Below are positions 24,586 through 37,005 of a DNA stretch of 64,000 nucleotides, piece by piece. The stretch comes from Podarcis liolepis. Taxonomy: Eukaryota. The position numbers were made by a program, and so were the translations under genes. The notes below the pieces were generated by a model, which had not been told where the DNA came from, did not search any database, and was given only the letters and a program-made list of their open reading frames with translations. Positions within the stretch are counted from its first letter, which is position 1, and each line of letters starts with the position of its first letter. The DNA lies in NCBI GenBank assembly GCA_965112155.1, contig OZ218101.1, one strand, 5' to 3'.

Positions 24586-25529
24586 GAGAAGGAACATTAG
24601 CAGCAACAAAAAAGACGCTGGTTTTTTTTTTCCTTCCCAAGGAAAATGGCTGCCATCAACAGGAGTCTCATAAATGTCAATTGTAATTGTATGCCCGACA
24701 TGGACCATTCTTCCCCTTACCTTTTAAAACTAGTAATTTGCTGAGCTGAGTGATAGAAAATGTATGTAATTAACTTTTAAAAAAGCTAGATGGTCCCTCT
24801 CTTTCTGTAGGCCTCTATGTCTCTGTCAAATGATTTTTTGCCCCTCCTCTCCTCTGTCCACATTGTTATTTTAGGCTGGATGAATCACCATCCAGTGTCT
24901 AGTTTCAAATAGATGCTGCCAGAATCCATATTTACTGGCTATTAAAATTTATATTATTAACAGGTGCTTCGGTTGAATTCTGGACCAGTGTGTGTGCTGC
25001 ATGTAACTCCTCTGATCCTTTTGTTATTATTCCAAATTGGACACAATCATATCACTTCAACACCCACCTATTAAGTACTGGAGCATTTGCCTTACTTTTT
25101 TGGTCCTCTACCTTTTAAGATGCCCCTCAAGATCAAATAGTGAATGGAACCGAAATACAATTTCATCAGACAGCATTGGCATGGATGTACACGAATGCTT
25201 GCATTCTGGGTGTGTTTTTTTTAAACCACATAACCACTTTACTTTTTGCACAATGCAACTTCAGTGTCTGTCAAAACCATTTCCCTTAGGTTCGAACCAT
25301 GAGGCTCATTGCTGTTACATAAATGCTTGAAAAGGAGCTCATAGCATTTTGGGGTAATAAGATTGCATGGCATGTGAAGCAGCACTATCCGAACATTGTG
25401 GATTTGCTTGTCAACATCATAGTCTGTGAGGTTGTGTTGGCACGGAGCAATGTACACTGGGGAGACTGGATGCAAAGCAGAGGGGGCAGTGGCAGGACAT
25501 GGACTGCCTCGTGTATGTTAAACCTATTA

Positions 25530-25860
25530 CAGTGGTGACTCGCAAGACGAAATTAATCCGTTCCGCGAGTCTTTTCGTCTAGCAGTTTTTTCGTCTTGCG
25601 AAGCAACCCTATTAGCGGCTTAGCGGATTAGCGCTATTAGCGGTTTAGCAGCTATTAAAGGCTTAGCGGCTAAAAGGCTATTAGCGGCTTAGAAAAGGGG
25701 GGGGGAGAGCGGAAAAAAATCGGAACACTCGCAAGACATTTTCGTCTTGCAAAGCAAGCCCATAGGGAAAATCGTCTTGCGAAGCAGCTCAAAAACAGAA
25801 AACTCTTTCGTCTAGCGGGTTTTCCGTCTTGTGAGGCATTCGTCTTGCGGGGCACCACTG
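25530..25860. mobile_element. Tc1/mariner MITE, family B
   Basis: TA|CAGTGGTG..CGCAAGACGAA...TTCGTCTTGCG..CACCACTG|TA. Internal tcgtcttgc and ttagcgg repeats. Confidence 0.88.
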
Positions 25861-26393
25861 TATAATATGGTTGCAAGCATAAGACAGCGTCAGTGAATAC
25901 TAATGGTGTGGTTGAATACCCCTTAACTCATTTCAGGATTGGCTTGGTAATGAACAGCTCTCTCAGTGATCACTTCATAGTGATGGGGAACCAGTCATGG
26001 CAGAGAGCTGCTTGTAAATTTGACCACTGCTCACAATACAAGGAACTAGAGAGTTTTAGATAGGAACCAACAACCATGTATAACATTGAGGGTGAGGAAC
26101 AATCCAGAGAGTTGACCCAAAGAGAGGATAATAGCTCTTGGTCAGGTTGCCTGGTCTCATACTTCAAAGCTGTAATGTTTAGTTGGATTTCAGGTTTGGC
26201 ATGTGAAGGTGAGGAAGCATCATGGGTCTAGTGATGTGAAAGGGTACTTAGAAAATAAGGGCAAGGGTAAGAACTGATGGAATAGACATGCTTTATGGGT
26301 CAAGATGGCAATCTAAGTTTACAAGTCAGGTTCGTCTTACACCTGAAAACCACACATTAAACTATGTTGTCATTTCCGATTCTTTGCTATGTA

Positions 26394-26749
26394 AAGGTAA
26401 AGGTAAAGGGACCCCTGACCATTAGGTCCAGTCGTGGCCAACTCTGGGGTTGTGGCGCTCATCTCGCTTTATTGGCTGAGGGAGCCGACGTACAGCTTCC
26501 GGGTCATGTGGCCAGCATGACTAAGCCGCTTCTGGCGAACCAGAGCAGTGCACAGAAATGCCGTTTACCTTCCCGCCGGGGCGGTACCTATTTATCTACT
26601 TGCACTTTGACGTGCTTTTGAACTGCTAGGTTGGCAGGAGCAGGGACCGAGCAACGGGAGCTCACCCCGTCGCGGGGATTCGAACCGCCAACCTTCTGAT
26701 CTTCAAGTCCTAGGCTCTGTGGTTTCACCCACAGCGCCACCCGCGTCCC
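26394..26749 (-). mobile_element. Sauria SINE, full length
   Basis: Reverse complement of the family. TSD tcttt(g/t)ctatgta. Confidence 0.93.
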
Positions 26750-27985
26750 TCTTTTCTATGTATGTCAGCATAAATATAGATCAGGTGTATGTTTGTCTCC
26801 TTTACAGTAGTGCCTGTTCTTCTGTCTACCTACTTGGTGGTGCTTCTGTGTTTTTTCTGAGGCTGTCTCTGATTTCTAGTCTCAGGGGGCACATTGATCT
26901 GATTGGACGCCGACCTCAAAGGTTGTTGGTGATTTTCTTCTTTCCAGTAGTTTTCCAAATTAAGCTTTGCAATATTAGTGAAATGTCAATATAAAGACCA
27001 TCTGAGAGTAGAGGCTGACATTTTCAGATGTAGGGAAAGATCAAAGTAATCCTGCCTACCTCTTGTTGAATCAAAACCTATTTTGTGCCTAATGCATTAG
27101 GAGCAATTATTGAAGAACATTTTAACCATGTGAAAATATGTCATTTATAGGATGTCAGTAAGAAAGCTGCATCCCAAAGTCCTAGCCAAACAAAACAACC
27201 ACAGGTTTCATTTCCCCCCACTCCATTTTGCCTCATATGAAATTCGGTTCCTAAGCTAATTCATTCTCTTCTCTTAATGCACCTTCCCCCATTTTGCACT
27301 TTGATATGAATGAATGTTCTTGGCAAATTATTGGTAAATCAACAGAAAAGCGAAGCTTAATGAAAAGAACTGAATGGTACGGGATCACGGGTGTTTTCCC
27401 CTCCCTTTCCTTTGCTAAAATTAAATGATAATTTGAGGCTAGTTCTAAAAGGATTATGGTGTTCAGTATGCCTCCTCCACGTGAAATCCTTGGCACTTAA
27501 AGTGCAGTGCAGTTCTTGAAAAAGTTTGTACAAAAAAATGTCTTTGTAGAACTTTGTGTTAGTCTTTTAACTATTTCGACACATCAAATGTGGATGCTGG
27601 AGTCGTTGGCCATTTCGTGCGGTCCAGCAGGGCTCCTCTAATGTATGGTTAGGATTGAGAGCCATGCAGCCTGATCCTCTGTTCAGTTGCTTGAGAGCAA
27701 GCCCCTGGAACACGGTCTGGTTTGCGTCAAAGTAAACATCTGTAGGGCAGTGTGAAACATAGGCAGCTTTGTGCCTCCGCACCTGTGCTGCTGGCAGCAT
27801 GCCTAGAGGTGCATTTATAGTAACTAGAAAAGGGACATTTCCCCCCTCTTGAAAGTGCATTGCATTTTGTTTTTCAAATGAGAGATCAGCATTTTAATGT
27901 GGATCTTTAATAACATGCCAGCAAAAACAAAAAACAAATATCTGAGAGAGACAGAGAATCTATATCCATGTATATGTGTGTATAG

Positions 27986-27989
<4 letters not shown>

Positions 27990-28041
<52 letters not shown>

Positions 28042-28053
28042 CCCCCCCCCCCC
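27990..28053. repeat. (CT)n plus poly-C tract
   Basis: Read directly. Confidence 0.95.
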
Positions 28054-28235
28054 ACAGATCCTTAAAAGGACACTGCTGAATTTTGCTGAAAAGGATAACT
28101 ACCACCAGCCAGGGCTAATCCCTTTGTTTAAAGTATGAACAATAACTGTTAATCTTTTCTGGATTCTTCCGCCTAGTGATGTTTGGTGTCAGCAACCTCT
28201 GCTTGTTTGTTTATAGCCCACCTTTTCCTCCAAGG

Positions 28236-28299
28236 GGGACGCAGGTGGTGCTGTGGGTTAAACCACAGAGCCTAGGACTTGCCGATCAGAAGGTTGGCA
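28236..28299 (+). mobile_element. Sauria SINE 5' head fragment
   Basis: gggacgcaggtggtgctgtgggttaaaccacagagcctaggacttgccgatcagaagg. Confidence 0.85.
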
Positions 28300-28404
28300 G
28301 ACTGGGATGATAATAGGGCTCATTTGGGATCCAACAGATCCTGGGGCCAGCCCAGCCATTCCCCTGGAAAAACCCATTCTGGGGTTTTCCACCCACTTCA
28401 TTTT

Positions 28405-28784
28405 CAGACCCTCCAAATGTCCCCATTTTCCAGGAACAGTTCCAAATTTACAGAAGCTGTCCCGGTTTCTGATTTGATCCCAGAATGCCTTGCTTTTCCT
28501 TAGGATGGCCTTATTTTCATCGGAGAAATGTTGGAGGGTATGTAGTTATGTGACCGCCCCCCCAAGCCAAGGAGACAAGTAACTATACAATCTTTAGAAG
28601 ACATCTGAAGGCAGCCCTGTATAGGAAAGGTTGTTTTTTTTAAAATGTTCAATGTTTTATTATGTTTTTATAAAAGCTGGAAGCAGCCCAGAGCGGCTGG
28701 GGCAAACCAGTTAGATCAGCGGGGTAGAAATATTATCATTGAATAGGACATCCTATTTTCATGGGAGAAATGCTGGAGGATATG
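28405..28784. mobile_element. Composite hAT-type MITE containing an L2 3' tail
   Basis: One left end CAGACCCTCCAA and two right ends ..TTGGAGGGTATG (28542) and ..CTGGAGGATATG (28784). L2 tail sequence lies between the two right ends. Confidence 0.7.
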
Positions 28785-29631
28785 TATTTTCAAGAAGCAG
28801 AACAGAGAGCTCCACACCAGCAGAATAATGCTAGCATCGCTTCATAGGCAGAGTCTGTTCTGAGATGGGCAGAGGGAGACCGTAACCACCCCATCCAAAC
28901 CTCTTGATGGATCAGGAGTTTGGATTGCAGCTTAAATCAGTGGCCATCATCACATGTTAAGGATGAATATGTGGGTGCCTTATGTAGGCTTACAGACTCT
29001 AGCTACTTTTATTTCAGGTTAGCTTTTATTGCGCATTAAGAAAGTTTTCCAGTCACTCAGAAGCTACTTTATTACAGCTTAAAGATAATACTAATATACA
29101 TTGAATTTCAGTTTTAGAATGGTACCTCTCTTTGCTGTTGCAAAAGTATTAACTGTGAAGAATATTGCACAAACCAGATTTATTTGAATTGTGAAAACTT
29201 TTAATCTCGAAACCAATAGGACACAATTTATTAACAAAAAGGAAATGCTGAGATAGCTTTGCTTGAGACGTCCAAAGCGACAAGAGTGATCTGAACATTC
29301 AACACCTTGTTTTTTTTTAAAGTGTGCAGTATGTGTTCTTTCCCATCAGACACCCATGGAGATGATTAAAAGAAAGTAATTATATTAATTGGAGTTCAAA
29401 GTGGGAGCTTTTAAGAGCTGCATTCTCCATCATCTATTTATTGCGCTGCATATGAATTGTTAAACCAAACCGCTAAAGAGAATTATATTCCCCACTCCAT
29501 GAGTCCTTTGTTAAAATATACACCGGAACTTACTCCAGAACTGAAGTGCACTAGCTTTAGCACTATTTAAATTAACTTGAATATTTTCAACAGAAATTGA
29601 TCAAGTAAGAAAACCATGTTTTAAACTATTT

Positions 29632-30741
29632 AGTTCCAGAAAGACATCTACTTCTGTTTCATTGACTATGCAAAAGCCTTTGACTGTGTCGACCACAGCA
29701 AACTATGGCAAGTTCTTAAAGAAATGGGAGTGCCTGATCACCTCATCTGTCTCCTGAGAAATATCTATGTGGGACAAGAAGCTACAGTTAGAACTGGATA
29801 TGGAACAACTGATTGGTTCAAAATTGGCAAAGGAGTACGACAAGGCTGTATATTGTCTCCCTGCTGATTTAACTTATATGCAGAATTCATCATGCGTAAG
29901 GCTGGGCTGGATGAATCCCTAGCCGGAATTAAGATTGCCGGAAGAAATATCAACAACCTCAGATATGCAGATGACACAACATTGATGGCAGAAAGTGAGG
30001 AAGAATTAAAGAACCTTTTAATGAGGGTGAAAGAGGAGAGCGCAAAATATGGTTTGAAGCTCAACATCAAAAAAACGAAGATCATGGCCACTGGTCCCAT
30101 CACCTTCTGGCAAATAGAAGGGGAAGAAATGGAGGCAGTGAGAGATTTTACTTTCTTGGGCTCCATGATCACTGCAGATGGTGACAGCAGCCACGAAATT
30201 AAAAGACTCCTGCTTCTTGGGAGAAAAGCAATGACAAACCTAGACAGCATCTTAAAAAGCAGAGACATCACTTTGCCAACAAAGGTCTGTATAGTTAAAG
30301 CTAGGGTTTCCCCAGTAGTGATGTATGGAAGTGAGAGCTGGACCATAAGGAAGGCTGATCGCCGAAGAATTGATGCTTTTGAATTATTGTGCTGGAGGAG
30401 ACTCTTGAAAGTCCCATGGACTGCAAGAAGATCAAACCTCTCCATTCTGAAGGAAATCAGGCCTGAGTGCTCACTGGAAGAACAGATCCTGAAGCTGAGG
30501 CTCCAGTACTTTGGCCACCTCATGAGAAGAGAAGACTCCCAGGAAAAGACCCTGATGTTGGGAAAGATGGAGGGCACAAGGAGAAGGGGACAACAGAAGA
30601 CGAGATGGTGGGACAGTGTTCTCGAAGCTACCAGCATGAGTTTGACCAAACTGTGGGAGGCAGTGGAAGACAGGAGTGCCTGGCATGCTCTGGCCCATGG
30701 GGTCACGAAGAGTCGGACACAACTAAACGACTAAACAACAA
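29632..30741 (+). mobile_element. Bov-B (RTE) LINE, 5'-truncated 1.1 kb, RT domain to 3' end
   Basis: Motifs FIDYAKAFDCVDH, GVRQGCILSP and LRYADDTTL. One in-frame TGA at 29865-29867. CAA tail. Confidence 0.96.
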
Positions 30742-30835
30742 ATGTATTGGTGTTAACGAATGGAGGCATTATCACCTAGCCATTTAATGCAATCACATTT
30801 CCATATACTGTTTGAATAAATGCATATGAACACGT

Positions 30836-31146
30836 GGAGAGCCAGTGTGGTGTAGTGGTTAAGAGCGGTAGTCTCGTAATCTGGGGAACCGGGTTCGCGT
30901 CTCTGCTCCTCCACATGCAGCTGCTGGGTGACCTTGGGCCAGTCACACTTCTTTGAAGTCTCTCAGCCCCACTCACTTCACAGAGTGTTTGTTGTGGGGG
31001 AGGAAGGGAAAGGAGAATGTTAGCTGCTGTGAGACTCCTGAAGGGGAGTGAAAGGCGGGATATCAAATCCAAACTCCTCCTCCTCCTCCTCCTCCTCCTC
31101 CTCTTCTTCTTCTTCTTCTTCTTCTTCTTCTTCTTCTTCTTCTTCT
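30836..31146 (+). mobile_element. tRNA-derived SINE (Squam3-like) with (TCC)n(TTC)n tail
   Basis: A box tggtgtagtggtt, B box gggttcgcgtc, microsatellite tail. Second copy at 59688-59931. Confidence 0.88.
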
Positions 31147-31642
31147 GAAACCAACTGTTGATCACTGGTCTATGGCCCCTTGCAATAGAAAACTGATTTT
31201 GTTATATGGCGCAAGTAGACAGGAGAAGATTGGAACCAGTTCTCATGCTTGCTAGCCAAGGATCTCATTCCAGGGTATAGGAACGTGATATGCATATGAA
31301 GAACATGTGAATTTAAGAAGTTCCTGGTGAATCAGGCCGATGGTCCATCTAGTCCAGCTTCCTAGTGGCTAACCAGATATCTGCTTGTCAGTGTCGACAT
31401 GAGATATATGAGTGTGAGGGTGGGGCTGCAGTGGAGTGTATGGAATCCGAGTAAACATTTCATTCAGAATTCTATGCTCTTCTATATTTTTAAAGTGTAT
31501 TTTTAAATGACCATGTTTGCACAGCAGTTAAATATGCTTGTACAGTGATTCATATATTTGCAGGGCAAAGCCTTGCGTGGTGAATTTGCAATCATCCATA
31601 TGTATAAGTTTCTAATGTTTGGTTAACCTCAGTTAACCCTGA

Positions 31643-31926
31643 GAGTGAAATTCAGTCCTGCCTTCCCAGTTGCACAATGCCTTCTGATCCAGGAGAGATG
31701 TCCACTAACATAAGAGAAGGAGAGGTGATTCTTGTCAAGTCCCCCTCCTGTTTCAGCTCCCTGTGTCTTCTGCAAAACTGGAGGGACCTGTCAGAACCAC
31801 GTGGAAGGTGGTGTGCAGAAGAAGGGGAAATTTGAGATAATTGTTTCCCTTTCCCTTATGTTAGCTGAGTCTTCAGTTAGATCAAAAGTCATTCCATGAG
31901 CAGAATGGTGACATTGGATTTCACCC
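31643..31926. mobile_element. Old palindromic MITE
   Basis: Termini gtgaaattca/tggatttcac. Internal inverted arms ctaacataagagaagg/ccttcccttatgttag. Confidence 0.55.
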
Positions 31927-32294
31927 TGTGCAACTTATTTCCAGCCTTGGCTTTCCTATCCTATAATGGTGCATTGAAATGCAGCCTCTTCTAAACTTTA
32001 TGGTGAGTTGGCAGTGGGTTGAGAGGGAAGAGGGCAATTTTGAAAATTTTATTAGCAAGATTTGTTGCTTTTTAAACATCAGCTTTTGCATTTCCTGAAT
32101 ACTCTGATACATTTATTTGCTTTAAAAACATATCAATATTTTTAAAAGTGTTATTTGAGAGAAAATATGTTTAAAAATAAATCTAAATATCTTAAATGCA
32201 AATTTCCGGGCAGATTTTCTTTTCTTTCTTTTTAAAGTGCAGATTAATGTGGAAATGCAACAGAATGGACCGATGAGTGGATATATAAATGCTG

Positions 32295-32527
32295 CATGTC
32301 CTAGAAACAGGCTGGTTTGTCTGTTGCCTCTTCTCTCTCATTTCCACGAGGATAAGTTTTTAGCTTCTGTTTGTGGTTTTGAACAAACCACAGCTTCTCA
32401 TATCTGAATGTGGGAAACTGTGGTTTGTTTGCAGCTGGTTCACAAAACAAGATCCGAAATAGCAGTTTGAGCGTAGTTTGATTAAAGTATGGTTTGTACA
32501 AACCACAGTTTCCAGTGTCTGGACATG
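32295..32527. mobile_element. Old MITE with inverted tgtggtttgt/acaaaccaca subrepeats
   Basis: catgtcc...ggacatg termini and several inverted subrepeats. Confidence 0.5.
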
Positions 32528-35500
32528 AAAAAGGAAGGGGAGGGGAGCAGAGTTGCACCTGCTCATTTGTGTAATGCTGTTAATGTTTTAGCATTATTCT
32601 GAGCTAAGCCAATATCAGGGTCACTTCTTGCTGCATAGAATGGGCACAATCTAGCGCAAACTACTCACTTTTCAGCCCCATTGATTTCAGGAGGAAAGTT
32701 AAGAAGTATGCTTAGCTCTTTCCCGCTAAAAAGTGCTTTAAAGTGTTTAACTTCAGGCTGAATTGTGCTGGAAGCTTCCTCAGCTTTCCCTAATTAATTT
32801 CCATTCAGGAAATATGTATTATCTGTGTGCTAAAATGTACATAAGGAAGAACAACATGAAGGAACCGATTACCTCGACTATGCCACCCACACCTGCATAG
32901 CGTTCTTTAGACTTTGAGTATAAAGTACACTGTTTCTTGCAGAGAAAATAAAACAATCTGTTCTTTTTCATCCATCACACTCTCCTCATTTGACTTCTTC
33001 CTGGTGTCTTTTCCCACCACCAGCCCTAGAGAAGTAAAAATAAACTTAATTTCAGTTTGTATTGCAATGTAACCTCTGATATTTCAAAAGCATATAATCC
33101 ATGTGCTGATTGCTCTTTGTTTCACTGCACGCCAATCTGCAAATTCCCTCGGTGTAAGACCTGCCCCTACCTGCTAGCTGCTATTATTATTTATATGGAC
33201 TGGGGCTCTTTTTTCCTCCTTCCTTTGTCTTCAAGCTGGCAGTGTTTATTCTGCGACCACAATATCAGCACCTGCTCTGCCATGGTGACAATTTTCTACC
33301 ACCCCCACCTTGTCTGTCTTCCTATACAGCTGGTTCTAATTTCATTTGAGGCTTTCTCCCTCCTCTTCTCTCTCCCCCTCAACCCGCAAACGATTCCTTT
33401 TCCAGATGAACACTGTGTACAGCCTGACAGCATCAGGTCTGTGAGCGTTGCCAGCAGAGAATTCTTCCCATCACACACACACAACTGCACTTGCCATCAT
33501 AGGCTCAGTGTGAAAGTATGTAGAATCATGCATTCGCCCAAGTCCAGCCATTAACAGATGGCTGTACTGTTTTTGTAGTTGCAGCCTCGTGCCACAATGA
33601 GTGCAGGCCATCCTCTGCACAAACACACTTCCCTGTTTCTTTCCTTCCTCCCGTGCATGCACACAAGCTACACTTCCCATGTCCTCAACCAGCTCTGCTC
33701 CACTGCTAAGCTGGTGTAACTTCACCAAGTGATGGCAAAGGGCTGGATGGGGATATGGCACAAGTCTTCTATGTGAGCATCCTGATGAAGGAGAAGAGAA
33801 ACAAAACTCAGTACATACCTATGAAGCTTTTTCTACACACACACACACACACAAAACCTGTGATGCATCTCATGATGTGAGAGTGCATAATTTTACCTGG
33901 AACACAGAGCAAGAATGGGATTCTCTGTCTACTTCAGGCTTTCACTCCCGGTGACCAACCTAGCTGAAGGCATCTCACAAGTCATATATAAGCTCAAATT
34001 CCTGGTTTCCTTGCTTGCCTGGAACTGCAAAAGCAGGGTTTTCTGGCACCTGATGGTTCCGGATAATGGTTGTTGGGACTGCATTTGGTTTGGTGGCAGG
34101 ACAATTTGAACAGACCTGTGTAACCCTGAAGAAGAGTAACAAGATCCTGTTTGACAAGATCCAGTTGCCCTTTTCCACTTGTGGCTTATTCTTCTCCCCA
34201 TGCGCTCTCCTGCGTTGCTTCCGCACTTGCTGTTTTTGTCTGGCATTCCCAACCTTGCCAACTTCTTTCATTCCAGATTCCTCCCCCATCCATGTTTTGA
34301 TAATTTCTTTGCCCCCGGGCCTGATTTCTGACACCCCCACCCCTGCTTTAAACTGCACTGCCAACTCATCCACTGGGAACTGGCAAAGAACTACCAGATA
34401 TTTTTGGGTCTGCTATGACTTATTAGAAGCTTCCTTCTTTCAGCTCCTGTCTCTAATTACTTTCTGATTGCCTGGCCCTGGCGTTACTGATCAGTTGCCA
34501 CTTAATTAGTCAATTCCTGTTCCTTACAGGGACTTGACTATTAATTTCCTTGTTTCCTGTTGTTGTTGTTGTTGTTGTTGTTTTGTTTATTTGAAAAAGT
34601 TCCATTTTGCCCACACCCACATAAATTAATGAAAGAAACTCAGTAAGTAAGCACGCACTCTGTGGAAATAAGGAATTTACTCCTGAAGATGTCATACTGA
34701 ATATTGATAGCATTTGCCAGTAATGTTGTGACTATGTTGAACAGGAAGCAATTAAAGGCAGAAGCCACAAGATGAGATTTTCCCATTAAAGTTGTAGGAA
34801 AGCAATGCCTTAGGAGAGCTAACAAGTTGTATTGTGGAAATCATCTTCCTCTCAAGCCCTGCACTCTCTGCTTTTATGGAGAAAAGGAAGCATTAAACTT
34901 GTGCCCTTGGGATGGGGAAAACCTTCTCAGATGCTCAGAGTCTACAGCTTCCACCATCTCTGATCATTGATCATGCTGGCTCAGGCTGATGGGAGCTGGA
35001 GTCCAGCAAACATCTGGAGGGTCATAGGTACTTCATCCCTGTTGTACACCATGTTAAGAAGCAAAGGAGGATAGTACCCATCTGCCTTTAATACGTGTGC
35101 AAAGCAGAGTTTCATCAGGGTCCAGTTTTCTCACTTCAGCTTCGCATGCTGCACTGCCAGCGGCCAGATATATTTCCTCTATGCAATTATGAAAGGTGTC
35201 AGAGCCCTGCCCTCCATTGTGTACGTGATCGCCCTTCATGAGGAAAATGTGAGGACGTGAGAAGTGTGTGTGTTTTCTCACTGAGCAATGGCAATGGAAC
35301 ATCTCTTTTTCCTACGCTCTATTCAAGTATTCAGAAACGTGTACTGTTTCTCATAGATGGAATTATTCAGCTAAGAAGCGAGCAGAATGAGGTCTGCTTG
35401 TGCAATGGCACTTCCCACCTGCTTTGCTTCCCCTTAGTCTCCCCAAATCTGCTCTGGAGGTTTGAGAGAACCCAGAATGGGGTGAGAGGAAGGAGGAGAG

Positions 35501-35644
35501 GAGAGATTGTTCCATTGGGCAAGCATAACAGAACAGCCTCCTTAGCTCTACTTTGAATAGATATGTTTTCAGGCTCTTGTCCTTGACTTGGTTTTTTATA
35601 CTCTCTTTTTAATGCTTGCATTATCTATTAAGTCACGTTGGGTC

Positions 35645-37005
35645 TGTTATAGGAAAATCCTTGGGCTCACTTGGATTACCAAACAATGACACCAGCCAGG
35701 AATAGACGACCCAAACAGCAGCCAGTAGGTCTGGTCTTTATTTAAAAAAAACTGTTGCAACAGGACTGCCACCCACCGCATGGGAGAAGCAGGAAGAAGC
35801 CCAGAACACAGGATGGCTCCCACTTTTATCAGTTTTGCAAAGATACCCACAGCACCCCTAAAATTACGTCATGGATACATCACACACAGCTCACAAATTG
35901 GGAGGCTCTGGTGAAAGAAACCTTTGTCAGGTTTGTCCCCATCCTTCCCTTGAGCTCCACCTCACACCCATCAAGTGAGACAAAAGAAATATTTACAAGT
36001 TCCTGGTTTCCCAGGCCAAGTTAATCACACCTCTTTGCCCCAACCCAGTTCCTAATCCATTCCGGGATGGTTTGCCATTGTCCATGGGGTGACTGCTTGT
36101 CTGGTACCCATTTGCCAGGATGCCAGTGATTATCTCTTGTGCAAGAGGCTGCTGTGTACCTGAGCCCAGTTTCAGGGATTATGGCTGCCCACATCCCAGA
36201 CTCCCCCATTGGTAGCCATTCCTTTCCTGAACAGAACAAAGTTGGAATGGAAAGAGTCTCCTCCAGCACCATAATTCAAAAGCATCAATTCCTTGGCGAT
36301 CAGCCTTCTTTATGTTCCAGCTCTCACTTCCATACATCACTACTGGGAAAACCATAGTGAAGAAATAAGAGAGACGACACGGGAGTTGAATACAAGTGAG
36401 CTGCGCTTGAGCAAGCTAACTTTGAACTACGCAGAGCCTCTTTTTATTAGCAAGATATGCAAAACCAGCAAGATACATTCAGGGCTTTGCCCTTTACACT
36501 TATCCAATCCTGAGCCCCCTGGATGTTGCCTAGTTATCTACACAACATGCTCTACCACATCATGTTTCCATTGCAGGGGAAAATACCTTTGCAAAGGAGG
36601 TAAAGGTCAGGGCACGGAACACCGCTGAGGAGACAAAAGGTCAAAGAGTGGACATGGCGGCTAGACAAGCTGTGGCTTGTCTTAAGCTGTGGGGGAGGGT
36701 GTGTCCCTACACATAGCTTTAACTATTTGGACCTTTGTCGGCAAGGTGATGTCTCTGCTTTTCAAGATCTGTCTGGGTTTGTCATTGCTTTTCTCCCAAG
36801 AAGCAGGCGTCTTTTAATCAGCGAATTGTTACATTTTGTAATGTGCAGCAGAGGCCCTTTGAATAGGGATAGGAAAAACTGTGATGAAGTGTTTTGTGGG
36901 GACATTTGCCGAAGTGATTGTGTTGATTTTGGTAGTCGGGGTGCGTGTGTGTATGATATCTGCTGGAGGAGCAACCCCCCAATCTTTACATAAATTCCTG
37001 CAACA
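35645..37005 (-). mobile_element. Long solo LTR (1361 bp), ERV1-like
   Basis: TGTTATAGGAA...TTCCTGCAACA inverted termini, 4-bp TSD ggtc, minus-strand AATAAA at ~35737. Confidence 0.72.
36713..36819 (-). mobile_element. Internal Bov-B fragment embedded in the LTR
   Basis: Reverse complement matches ~30198-30303 of the long Bov-B (IKRRLLLGRKAMTN..). Confidence 0.88.

Noticed and set aside
29765-30706. 313-aa ORF on the minus strand
   Set aside because: It is the antisense shadow of the Bov-B RT frame, and the same peptide recurs opposite the other Bov-B copies.
30776-31165. Poly-K/poly-R ORF
   Set aside because: It is a translation of the SINE's (TTC)n(TCC)n tail.
33057-33554. 165-aa Cys-containing ORF as a possible extra exon
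   Set aside because: It lacks I-EGF cysteine spacing, convincing splice boundaries and any recognisable domain.
33782-33812. CTGATGA...GAAAC hammerhead-like strings (also ~55185-55205)
   Set aside because: No pairing stems around the core, so these are chance matches.
33860-34528. Overlapping 110-133-aa ORFs, possibly an old LTR or LINE piece
   Set aside because: No recognisable motifs, and I could not find matching termini or a TSD. Left unclassified.
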